DNA from: a virus
Taxonomy: Duplodnaviria; Caudoviricetes
Strand: one strand, 5' to 3'
Length of the DNA: 52,170 bases
Virus record (IMG/VR): IMGVR_UViG_3300020433_000009
Span: 1 to 52,170 of that record
In this document: one piece after another, positions 8,896 to 17,345 of the stretch
Numbering within the stretch: position 1 is the first letter of the stretch
Layout of the letters: every line of letters begins with the position of its first letter
The notes under the pieces: generated by a model
What the model saw: the letters and a program-made list of their open reading frames with translations, nothing else
Database searches by the model: none
Told to the model about the DNA's origin: nothing
Position numbers and translations under genes: made by a program

Positions 8896-9048
8896 CTATA
8901 CATTGTAATAAGAAACCCTCCGCTTGGGAGGGTTTAGTAGACACTTTTTTAAGTGGCTCCGTCTTGCACGTGCCTGTCGTAATGCTTGTGGTTTGAGGTG
9001 ACGCTTCTTTTCCTTTTTGGAATGATGCTGCCAATTGGGGACTTTCAT
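8896..9048 (-). CDS. Small basic protein (50 aa), missed by the ORF track
   Basis: Manual translation MKVPNWQHHSKKEKKRHLKPQALRQARARRSHLKKCLLNPPKRRVSYYNV*; ATG overlaps the gp46 stop (TAATG). Confidence 0.75.
   Translation of the reverse strand: MKVPNWQHHSKKEKKRHLKPQALRQARARRSHLKKCLLNPPKRRVSYYNV
8905..8935 (-). terminator. Hairpin / probable intrinsic terminator inside the 3' end of the 50-aa ORF
   Basis: AAACCCTCC-CAAGC-GGAGGGTTT then CTTATT. Confidence 0.55.
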
Positions 9049-10763
9049 TATTCCTCCTGAGATATAACTGAGAAGTTTTGTTTTCTTTCTACTACTAGAG
9101 TAGAAGCAAACTTATCTTGTAAGGCTTCTGTCTTGTGAGATATCACAAACACATTTGTTTTATCAGAAACCGTGTGTAGAATTTTGAGGAAATCATCTGT
9201 ACCAGATGTATCTAAACTACTATCAAAGATCTCATCTAAGATTAGCAGATTAGTATTAGCACTGTTCTTCATCTTGGCAATAGTTCTCCAAGTAAACAAG
9301 AGTGCAAGGTCAATCCTCATCTTCTCACCTTCAGAGAATGATGCATAAGTAAACTCATCTCTGAACCTAGATTTAATAGTCTCCATGAAATTCTCATCGA
9401 GTTCAAAAGATACATAAAAATCTAGTTCTTTTAAATACCTATTTATGAGTTGGTTCATAATTGGTAGGTATTTTTTTATTATTGTACTCTTAATTCCAGT
9501 GTCACGCAACATAGATGTGACGGTATCATAGTTGTCACGTGTTCTCTTAGCGTCAAGTAGGGATTCCTCTACCTTCATTCCATCTGATGCTAGAGTTTTT
9601 AATTTCTTTTTCTCTCTTGTAATGTTGCTAGTGTTTCCAGATGATATCTTATCTTCTATCTTTTTAATTTCTTTCTTCTTCCATTGTATTTCTTTATTAC
9701 ACTCACTAATTTTTTGTTGTGCTGTCAAGAGGTCAGACATAAGAACTTGTTTCTCTGATACTTGTTCTAATATCTTTTTTAATTTATCTTGCAACTGTTC
9801 TGTTGCCTTATCAATCTCATCTAACTGTGTACTGAGCTCAACCTTCTTAGCACTTCTAAGATTTGCTGTGATGGTCTGTTCACAGGTAGGACAACGATCA
9901 TTCTTCTCAAAAAATTTATACTCTTTCTTAAATGCTTTTTGTTTATCCTTAAATCTTGATTCGTATATACGTAACTGATTTAACTCTGCGTCAACATCAC
10001 CATACTCGTCTAACCGTTTCTCATATAACTTAGACATGGTGAGATCATCGTCTACATCTTTTGTAATGCATGATATCTCATCTTCTAAACTTGAAATCTC
10101 TTCTTTACGTCTAGCATTATTTGCAGAGGATTGTTCTTGAAGATCAGCAATAAATCTTTGTTGCAACTCTACTTTTTGTTTTGCCAGTTCGTAATTATAT
10201 TCACAATCTCTAATGTTCTCTTTGACAGTTTTAAATCTTTCTTTGAGTATAGAATTCATTGTAGAGAAGATACGAATATCCAAAAGATCTTCAATAACTT
10301 CTCTACGGTTTGGGGGGTTAAGTTGCATAAAGGGAACAAAGCTTGATGATCCTAAGATCACCACCTGAGTAAATGATTTATAATTCAACCTCAGTATACT
10401 TTGCTCCAGATGTTTCTGTTGCTCGTTTATCGCTGCTTCTTGGGAAAGCATGTTACCATTAAGATAGATCTCAAAGATCGTAGGTTTGAAACCACGTCTT
10501 ATCATATAGTCACGAGAACCAATACTAAATTCTATCTCAACAAGCAAATCCCTTTCGTTAACTGCATTCACAAGTTGTGCTTTAGTTATCTTACGAAAAG
10601 GTTTATTGAACAAACCAAAACAAATAGCATCCAAGAATGTGGATTTACCTGCTCCATTTGTACCAATAATCAGAGTGGCAGGACTTGCATCAAGTCTTAT
10701 CTCACTAAAAACATTACCAGTAGATAGAAAGTTCTTCCATCTAACAGACTTAAAAAGAATCAT
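9048..10763 (-). CDS. gp46: Recombination endonuclease subunit gp46 (Rad50/SbcC-like)
   Basis: WKNFLSTGN, GTNGAGKST, zinc hook CPTC, signature FSEGEKMRIDLA, LILDEIFD. Confidence 0.97.
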   Translation of the reverse strand: MILFKSVRWKNFLSTGNVFSEIRLDASPATLIIGTNGAGKSTFLDAICFGLFNKPFRKITKAQLVNAVNERDLLVEIEFSIGSRDYMIRRGFKPTIFEIYLNGNMLSQEAAINEQQKHLEQSILRLNYKSFTQVVILGSSSFVPFMQLNPPNRREVIEDLLDIRIFSTMNSILKERFKTVKENIRDCEYNYELAKQKVELQQRFIADLQEQSSANNARRKEEISSLEDEISCITKDVDDDLTMSKLYEKRLDEYGDVDAELNQLRIYESRFKDKQKAFKKEYKFFEKNDRCPTCEQTITANLRSAKKVELSTQLDEIDKATEQLQDKLKKILEQVSEKQVLMSDLLTAQQKISECNKEIQWKKKEIKKIEDKISSGNTSNITREKKKLKTLASDGMKVEESLLDAKRTRDNYDTVTSMLRDTGIKSTIIKKYLPIMNQLINRYLKELDFYVSFELDENFMETIKSRFRDEFTYASFSEGEKMRIDLALLFTWRTIAKMKNSANTNLLILDEIFDSSLDTSGTDDFLKILHTVSDKTNVFVISHKTEALQDKFASTLVVERKQNFSVISQEE

Positions 10764-10773
10764 TCGACAAAAA

Positions 10774-11031
10774 TTAATCCCTAGGCGGTACTACTATATC
10801 ATCAGGAGTGACAACATAATATTCATGACCGTGTGCAACGCAAGTTTGTATAATCTCTCGATCACTTACCTCTACCACTGACATCTCTGGAAAATCTTCA
10901 GCTTCCAGAAGTCCAGCATAGCGTACTGCGTCGTCTTTGTCAAGGAACATGTATACTAATGGTTTATTCTTATCTGTATTAACAGCGTAAGCCCCTTCGT
11001 TTTCTTTACCATGTATTGCTAAAATATACAT
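10774..11031 (-). CDS. Conserved hypothetical protein between gp47 and gp46
   Basis: EGAYAV...F.DKDDAVRYAGLLEAED...VTPDDIVVPP; coupled to the gp47 stop. Confidence 0.8.
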   Translation of the reverse strand: MYILAIHGKENEGAYAVNTDKNKPLVYMFLDKDDAVRYAGLLEAEDFPEMSVVEVSDREIIQTCVAHGHEYYVVTPDDIVVPPRD

Positions 11032-12077
11032 TAGACTAACTCCAGTGCTTCTACGTATAAGGATTTGAGAATAGATTTAAGTGCAGGTTTATCAGAATGA
11101 TTTAAGTCATCAACATATCTTTCAAGGATAGTAAGTGTATCTTCTTTTTCAATATCAATCTCTTCATTAAGATCCTGTTCAAATGATGGATCCTCTATAA
11201 CTTTGATCTCATGTACACCTGCAGCATACAATTGACTAATAAAGAATTCAAATTTATCAGGATCAGTTTTCTTCTCTACAATAATCTTTATAAAATTACT
11301 AGTAAAGTCAGCATAATTAAACTTACTACTATTTAACTGATCTTCATTGTAGTAAATCTTAGAATATATCTCATAAGGGTTCGGTATAAACTCCAATTCT
11401 TTAGTTTCAGTATCAAATATATGGAAACCACGTTTACAATTATAGTCATTCCAATAGATCTGATATGGATTACCTAGGTATGTGATGTTTTCTCTGGTGC
11501 TTCTTTGGTGATAGTGACCTGAGAATACTTTCTCAAACTTTCTATAAGGAGAAGTTGCAGCACCATGATCCATGATGTATCCTCTATGTGCTTCAAAACC
11601 ATTGAGTTCTAGATGACCCATTGCAACAGTAGACTTGGTTTTTTCAATAAGATCATAAGTCTCATCATGGTTCTCTGAGTTTATCCAAGGTATGAATAGA
11701 ATAGGTAGTCCTCCTATCTCTACTTCGGTTGCTTTAGAATATATTTCTACATTATCATACTCACCAACTGTAGTCACGAGAGTGTTTACTAAATTAGTAT
11801 CTTTAAAATATGCAGTATGATTTCCCACAAGAGAATGAACTTGCACTCCCATGTTTTTTAGTACATCAAAATAATTATGTGTTGCCCATTGTGCAGCCCA
11901 GATGTCTAAATTTCTACGGTTGTCAAATGTATCTCCTAAATCAAGAACTGTTTTGATGCCACGTTTTTTTAGAGTAGGAAAGAATACATTTCTATAAAAC
12001 TTCTTAAAGAAGTCATGAAATATTCTACTAGATTTTCTTGCACCAAAGTGTTGATCAGTTATTATTGCTACCTTCAC
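11031..12077 (-). CDS. gp47: Recombination endonuclease subunit gp47 (Mre11/SbcD-like)
   Basis: ITDQHFG, LGDTFDNR, VGNH, GHLEL, FSGHYH metallophosphoesterase motifs. Confidence 0.97.
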   Translation of the reverse strand: MKVAIITDQHFGARKSSRIFHDFFKKFYRNVFFPTLKKRGIKTVLDLGDTFDNRRNLDIWAAQWATHNYFDVLKNMGVQVHSLVGNHTAYFKDTNLVNTLVTTVGEYDNVEIYSKATEVEIGGLPILFIPWINSENHDETYDLIEKTKSTVAMGHLELNGFEAHRGYIMDHGAATSPYRKFEKVFSGHYHQRSTRENITYLGNPYQIYWNDYNCKRGFHIFDTETKELEFIPNPYEIYSKIYYNEDQLNSSKFNYADFTSNFIKIIVEKKTDPDKFEFFISQLYAAGVHEIKVIEDPSFEQDLNEEIDIEKEDTLTILERYVDDLNHSDKPALKSILKSLYVEALELV

Positions 12078-13216
12078 TTCAGTTGTTGCTCCAAGAAGTA
12101 AAAGTATTCGTCATTAGCATTGATCGGAATGGTATACATTCCTTTGTGTTCACGCTCAATTTCAATTATAGTTCCGAACTGTCCTCTCACATTATAACCT
12201 AAATCCTTGAATAGGTCAACTGCCCTCACTACTATATCCCTATGTTTATCCATTAGGTTTTCATCTTTCAGTATTTTAATGTATGCTAGACAACTTAGGA
12301 TGCCAGGCAAACTGAAACTATATGTAAACCCATGCTCCCAATCAAATTCTCTAGGCAATGCTTCATGTATCTTATCATTGTATAGTGTGATACTCAATGG
12401 GAAGTAACCTCCTGTGATTGCCTTGCCCATAGTAAAGATGTCAGGTGCAACTGGCAACCTCTTCCAACCTACAAATGTACCAGTCTTTCCTCCTCCTGTA
12501 AAAATATCATCTATGATTACTAGAACTCCTCTGTTCTGTATATCGTTTATCTTATCCCAAAACTCTTCCGTATGTGGTCTGATACCATTTGCGTAAGGAC
12601 AAGTTTCAACCACTACACACATAACATCATCCCAGTTATGGTTGTCTACAACAAACTCTATTGGTAATCTCATTATATTTTCACATGGACTCATGGTGTA
12701 AAAAGGATCATTGAATAAACCATCACCCATGCTCTGAGTTAGTAGAGTTGATCCATGGTAACTATCTCTGAATACTACTATCTTATTACGTTGAGGACTT
12801 CCTACCTCTTTTTGATATGCACTAGCAAGTTTAACTGCTCCTTCTACTGCATCACTACCACTTAATGCAAAGATACTTCTATACTTAACTGGGATTTTTC
12901 TACCATCACCACAATCTCTACAGGTAGTAGTCGTTGATGTAATAGCTCTGAGTGTCTTTGCTAGTTTGAATGTGCAGTTGTTTAACTTGAGAGGTTGAGC
13001 ATCAAAGAAGTTCTCACCTATCTCTGGTTTGATGCACATATTATTATGAACATATCTCATGATCTCCATCTCACCATACCCCAATGTATAGCAACCGAAG
13101 TTCAACATAGGGTCTATGTACCTCTTACCATCTAAACTCATCCTACCATATGTCCAACCATACTCTTGGTTGCCCACGTTTTTTTGTTTGCCTGATATTA
13201 ATCCTAGATATTTCAT
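12074..13216 (-). CDS. Class III PLP-dependent aminotransferase
   Basis: LSGSDAVEGAVK, SYHGST, IIDDIFTGGGKTG, PDIFTMGKAITGGYFPLS (PLP lysine), HGFTYS. Confidence 0.88.
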   Translation of the reverse strand: MKYLGLISGKQKNVGNQEYGWTYGRMSLDGKRYIDPMLNFGCYTLGYGEMEIMRYVHNNMCIKPEIGENFFDAQPLKLNNCTFKLAKTLRAITSTTTTCRDCGDGRKIPVKYRSIFALSGSDAVEGAVKLASAYQKEVGSPQRNKIVVFRDSYHGSTLLTQSMGDGLFNDPFYTMSPCENIMRLPIEFVVDNHNWDDVMCVVVETCPYANGIRPHTEEFWDKINDIQNRGVLVIIDDIFTGGGKTGTFVGWKRLPVAPDIFTMGKAITGGYFPLSITLYNDKIHEALPREFDWEHGFTYSFSLPGILSCLAYIKILKDENLMDKHRDIVVRAVDLFKDLGYNVRGQFGTIIEIEREHKGMYTIPINANDEYFYFLEQQLK

Positions 13217-13866
13217 TCTCTTATAAAAGGTTGTTGTGGTCCTGTAATGTTTTTCAAAAAGAAATTAAGTGTCAACCTATCAGTTTTACTTCCAAAGGTC
13301 TGAGCTGCATGTTGTGTATTACCATCGAATAGTATCATTCTGTTGTATACATTATTAATTCTAGCACTCTCCTCATACTGTCCATTTACTTTATTAAATG
13401 CATGCTCATATATTTCATCAGGTACATCCTGACCCTTATATAATGCTTCTTTTACATCTGTGTCTACTGCTTCTTGAAAAAAGTATCCATTTTTTATTGT
13501 GTATATTGACGTACCAGTATCTTTCTGTGGATGTTTATTGAGATAGATCAATCCACCATAGAGACATCCACAATCATTATGTACCCACCCTTGGTTCTTG
13601 GGATGATACTGATCCTCATGAAGAGGTTTGATAATCTGGAATGTCATATCCATCTCCCAGTAGTCAGGAATTCTTTCGTAATGCCATTGAAATAATCTTC
13701 TGCATACCCAGTTGAATAAAGGACTATTGAATGTATTAATATTCTGAGTTCTTTTGCCTGGCCACCTACCATCAGTTGTATTAGTATACTTTGCTTCGTA
13801 TGCAAGTTCTACAATTTTGTCTGGATCTGGAAAAAAATTATCTAGAATGGTAACTGGATACATCAT
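13213..13866 (-). CDS. DUF6445-like 2OG-Fe(II) oxygenase
   Basis: ILDNFFPDPD, WPGKRT, GWVHND (HxD), GLIYLN, GTSIY, YNRMILFDG..QH, RLTLNFF. Confidence 0.8.
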   Translation of the reverse strand: MMYPVTILDNFFPDPDKIVELAYEAKYTNTTDGRWPGKRTQNINTFNSPLFNWVCRRLFQWHYERIPDYWEMDMTFQIIKPLHEDQYHPKNQGWVHNDCGCLYGGLIYLNKHPQKDTGTSIYTIKNGYFFQEAVDTDVKEALYKGQDVPDEIYEHAFNKVNGQYEESARINNVYNRMILFDGNTQHAAQTFGSKTDRLTLNFFLKNITGPQQPFIRE

Positions 13867-14516
13867 ATAGATCTAAGGATTGGTGGTAATTGTCCTGTCA
13901 TTTCTCTACCAAAGAAGTTGAGAGTTATGCGTTCTTGTTTGTGCCCATAAGTTTCAACACCATGGTGAGCATAGGCTGGAAATAATACAAACCTATTGTA
14001 TACATTCTCTATCTTAACAGTCTCTATGTACTGGTCATATACAATATCCCATGCTTTATTATATTCGTCAAGGTCTAGTTCCTCATCCTTGTATAATGTT
14101 TCTTTTTGTTTTAACTCACTAGGAGTCTGTCTAGTAAAACCATACTTGGGTCTGTAGATCGTCGTTCCTGTATGTGGTTCTGGGTTCTTGTTCAAGTAAA
14201 CTATACCACCAAACCACGTGTCAAGATCTTGATGTATCCATCCACGGTTTCTTTTATCCCATTGTTCATCTGCTAGAGGTTTGATGAACTGAAACTGAGT
14301 TTGCATATTATAATACTCAGGTATCTCATCAGAGAAAATTTTGTAGATACGATTACAAAAGTATTCAAACAACCTCTTATTTGAGATGTGCAACATCTTA
14401 GTTCTAGAACCTGGCCAGTTGCCAGGACTATTATAGGTCTTTAGTTTTTTTGCGTTTTCTACTATCTGATCAGGATCTTCAAAGAAGTCATCTATTATAG
14501 TAAGTGGATAGGTCAC
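13863..14516 (-). CDS. DUF6445-like 2OG-Fe(II) oxygenase (paralogue of 13213-13866)
   Basis: IIDDFFEDPD, WPGSRT, GWIHQD, GIVYLN, YNRFVLFP..HH, RITLNFF. Confidence 0.8.
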   Translation of the reverse strand: MTYPLTIIDDFFEDPDQIVENAKKLKTYNSPGNWPGSRTKMLHISNKRLFEYFCNRIYKIFSDEIPEYYNMQTQFQFIKPLADEQWDKRNRGWIHQDLDTWFGGIVYLNKNPEPHTGTTIYRPKYGFTRQTPSELKQKETLYKDEELDLDEYNKAWDIVYDQYIETVKIENVYNRFVLFPAYAHHGVETYGHKQERITLNFFGREMTGQLPPILRSI

Positions 14517-14986
14517 TTAATTTTTATTTCCACGTTTTCTTTTATTGTATTATAGTCTGAGTGACCTGTTTTGTCATCCGTATGGAAGACTTGATCGTAT
14601 CCAGACTTAGTTAGTATTTTATTCTTTATCTCTAACTGGCGTTTCTCTTTCTGTATTCTTCTCAGGAAAGCATAGTAAATGATCTGAGTGAAGTATGCAA
14701 ACGGGTTCTTGGATTTTTCTGGGTTGAAGTTTTCTATGTACTGCACACAGTTCTCTATGCCATCACATATCATATCCTCTCGGAACATGTAGTTGACAAA
14801 GTTTGGTTTGTATGATAGGTGTGTAGCAATCTTTAAAAAACATTCACCAATATAATTACTGATTGGTGGTCTTGGTTCATCCGCTTCTTTTGCCTTAGCA
14901 CATTGTGCTTTGAAGATGATAAGTGCTTCCAAGAATTCTTTATTGTTTACATAATGCTCACTCTGTACCCTTTTTCTAACGGCCAT
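14513..14986 (-). CDS. gp55: Late transcription sigma factor gp55
   Basis: HYVNNKEFL, YIGECFLKIA, NFVNYMFREDMICDGIENC, NPFAYFTQIIYYAFLRRI. Confidence 0.97.
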   Translation of the reverse strand: MAVRKRVQSEHYVNNKEFLEALIIFKAQCAKAKEADEPRPPISNYIGECFLKIATHLSYKPNFVNYMFREDMICDGIENCVQYIENFNPEKSKNPFAYFTQIIYYAFLRRIQKEKRQLEIKNKILTKSGYDQVFHTDDKTGHSDYNTIKENVEIKIK

Positions 14987-15006
14987 ATCGGTCTCTCTTT
15001 GTATAT

Positions 15007-15035
15007 ATTTTATACAATTTTTATTGAAAAGTCAA
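15007..15035 (-). promoter_or_regulatory. Sigma70-type promoter for the gp55 operon
   Basis: TTGACT(15030-15035)-N17-TAAAAT(15007-15012). Confidence 0.75.
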
Positions 15036-15042
15036 GGGGGGC

Positions 15043-15071
15043 TTGACAAGACACTCAAAAGTGTGTACACT
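15043..15071 (+). promoter_or_regulatory. Divergent sigma70-type promoter, antisense to the upstream genes
   Basis: TTGACA(15043-15048)-N17-TACACT(15066-15071). Confidence 0.65.
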
Positions 15072-15096
15072 ACGAGTGTGCGAGTTCAAGGGACAT

Positions 15097-15492
15097 TTAT
15101 ATATCAAATATCTTCTCTAAGTTTATTCTAGCTTCATCTACGGTAGATAACCTTCCAGAACCATTTACAGTATCAGCATTTAATCTTCTTAAAGACATTG
15201 CATAGAAGATCTGAACATCAGTATCTACTTCTACAACAGTTATGATCTTGTCCTTAGGAATAAGAAATTCTTCCTCGCGTGAAAATTTCATCCACGGTTG
15301 TACCTTTGCACCTGCCTTGTTACCTTGTAGCATCACCTCTTCTACTTGAACAGGATTGTCTACAATTAGATAGTCGCCATTCTCATCACGAACATACTCC
15401 ACCATTGCAAGTATCTCTTCACCGCTTACTAATTTTAGGGCGGCTAGAAACTCTGGTTTGTCAGGTATGTTATTTGTTTTTGATTCTGACAT
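15097..15492 (-). CDS. Conserved Sm-like-fold hypothetical protein between uvsW and gp55
   Basis: LKLVSGEEILA...NPV...PWMKFS.EEEF.I pattern; conserved position in cyanomyoviruses. Confidence 0.75.
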   Translation of the reverse strand: MSESKTNNIPDKPEFLAALKLVSGEEILAMVEYVRDENGDYLIVDNPVQVEEVMLQGNKAGAKVQPWMKFSREEEFLIPKDKIITVVEVDTDVQIFYAMSLRRLNADTVNGSGRLSTVDEARINLEKIFDI

Positions 15493-16942
15493 CTATAAAC
15501 TCGTAGTTAAAGTTTTCTTCATTGTATATTTTAACACGTTCTATCAAGTGGTTCAATGTGTAATTGTTCCTAGAACCTCTTGATGTATCATCAGCGATGT
15601 CATATAAGACTGCCTTTGTTTTGTGATCCCCTTTTCTTAAGACCCTACCGATCGACTGGAGGTTCCTGATTTTCGATTTTGAAGGCGATGCAAAGACAAC
15701 GTTATGTAAATTCCGAATATTAATACCAGTGCTAAAAGTCCCATAGGATGCAACTATAATACTATCATGAGTAGTTTCAGCGATTCGTCTTGCTTCCTCT
15801 CTGTCCTCGGTATCGACCCCTCCGTGTACTAAAAAGACTTGACGATCCTTACCTACCTTATTATTTATCAATTCAAAAAGGGGCATGCCATGCCGTTCAA
15901 CGTAGTTGAACAAGACGAGAGTGTTACCAGACAGGTCACAAACTAGGTTACGTATGAACCTATTCCTCATTTCATGCTCTACGAGGTAGTCCATCTCCTC
16001 CTGATAGGTATCAAAAACTTGTTTGTCATGTTTGAGTACAAGGACTTTGATCTCAAATTCAGAAAGGTGGCCTTCTTTAATTAGTTTTTCAGTCTTAGTT
16101 ACCTTGTCTACAGTCCCAAAGACCCCTTCGAGAACAAGGCGGTTGGTTTGTGTACCATCCAAAGTGCCTGTAAACCCTACGCGATATTTGCAATCGTAGA
16201 GTTTATTCATAATACTGGTAAGAGACTTTGCTTTGAATAGGTGTGCTTCATCTCCTATGACTGCACCAAACTGTTCAAAGTATACCTTAGGTAGTTTATA
16301 CACTGACTGCCATGTGGTAATGATTACATCCTTGTTGGATTTAGTATCAGCACCTGCATATATCTTGTGGCAATGCTTCTTTACATTCCATCCATAGTCC
16401 TCAAAGTCCTTATACATCTGTTCTACCAGAGATGTAGTGGGAACTACTATGAGTGTTTTTAAATTCTTAAGCTCCCAGAAACGTGTGAGAGCATATATCA
16501 TGAGTGACTTACCAGAACCTGTAGGTGACAGTAAGAGTTTACGCTTGTTGCGTAATGCTTCGTAGATACCTTTGTACTGATAGTCTCTAACTTTATGAGG
16601 TAACTGCAGTGATTTGATCCAATCTCCTAGTCCTTGGGGTGTAACGAACTCATCCACTTCTGATGGAAGTCCGTAAAATTCGTTGTCCCTATGGATAACT
16701 TCATACCCTCTTTGCTCGCAAAACGCAATAATATAAGGGAGAAGACCAACATAAATCTCGCCTGTACCTGGGGAGAATAGTTTAATTTTTCCATCCCAAT
16801 ACCTTTTCTTGTACGCTGACATGAACTTGGCTTGTGGCACTTCAAAAGTGAACTCGTCTGCTAACTCATGCTGAACATGAGGTTCAGCTTGAACAGTTAG
16901 GTATACTTCGTTCTTCTTTTGAATGATGACATTAGATTTCAT
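15470..16942 (-). CDS. uvsW: SF2 helicase UvsW
   Basis: RDYQ, SPTGSGKS, VPTTSLVEQM, GDEAH, GFTGTL, LQSIGRVLR. Confidence 0.96.
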   Translation of the reverse strand: MKSNVIIQKKNEVYLTVQAEPHVQHELADEFTFEVPQAKFMSAYKKRYWDGKIKLFSPGTGEIYVGLLPYIIAFCEQRGYEVIHRDNEFYGLPSEVDEFVTPQGLGDWIKSLQLPHKVRDYQYKGIYEALRNKRKLLLSPTGSGKSLMIYALTRFWELKNLKTLIVVPTTSLVEQMYKDFEDYGWNVKKHCHKIYAGADTKSNKDVIITTWQSVYKLPKVYFEQFGAVIGDEAHLFKAKSLTSIMNKLYDCKYRVGFTGTLDGTQTNRLVLEGVFGTVDKVTKTEKLIKEGHLSEFEIKVLVLKHDKQVFDTYQEEMDYLVEHEMRNRFIRNLVCDLSGNTLVLFNYVERHGMPLFELINNKVGKDRQVFLVHGGVDTEDREEARRIAETTHDSIIVASYGTFSTGINIRNLHNVVFASPSKSKIRNLQSIGRVLRKGDHKTKAVLYDIADDTSRGSRNNYTLNHLIERVKIYNEENFNYEFIDVRIKNK

Positions 16943-17345
16943 AACCCTTCAAAAATTTGGCGAACTCAATCGCATTTTTAATATAGAATGATCGGTTATT
17001 AATTGCCTGTAGTATGGCTTTTAATGCATCAACCATCTGGTTATAGTACTTCAGTTTAAGGACGGACTTAGCGTATACTTCATCAGCTTCCAGATATGTT
17101 GGCACATCTGTCTTGATGAGTTTAAGTGGAAATGGTTTCTCCGCTTTACCAGTATAGTACTCCCACCTATCTCTATAGGTGCGTTTGACTTCAAACTCCT
17201 GTTGATCCCTTAAGGTATTAAAGGTGTTGTAAAGTCTTAAGTATTTAGCGTGTAATTTTGGGATTGCTAGTGAGTCATGATCTAATTTTTCATCGTTTAG
17301 TTGTGAGTCTTGCTCCCACATTTCATTCAATTTGTCTAGGTTCAT
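16932..17345 (-). CDS. uvsY: Recombination mediator UvsY
   Basis: IPKLHAKYL, EYYTGKA, INNRSFYIKNAIEF; adjacent to uvsW. Confidence 0.92.
   Translation of the reverse strand: MNLDKLNEMWEQDSQLNDEKLDHDSLAIPKLHAKYLRLYNTFNTLRDQQEFEVKRTYRDRWEYYTGKAEKPFPLKLIKTDVPTYLEADEVYAKSVLKLKYYNQMVDALKAILQAINNRSFYIKNAIEFAKFLKGYEI

Noticed and set aside
15279-15506. Plus-strand 75-aa ORF downstream of the divergent promoter
   Set aside because: It lies wholly antisense to a conserved gene, about 200 nt from the promoter, with a GTG start and no SD; a non-coding antisense RNA is more plausible
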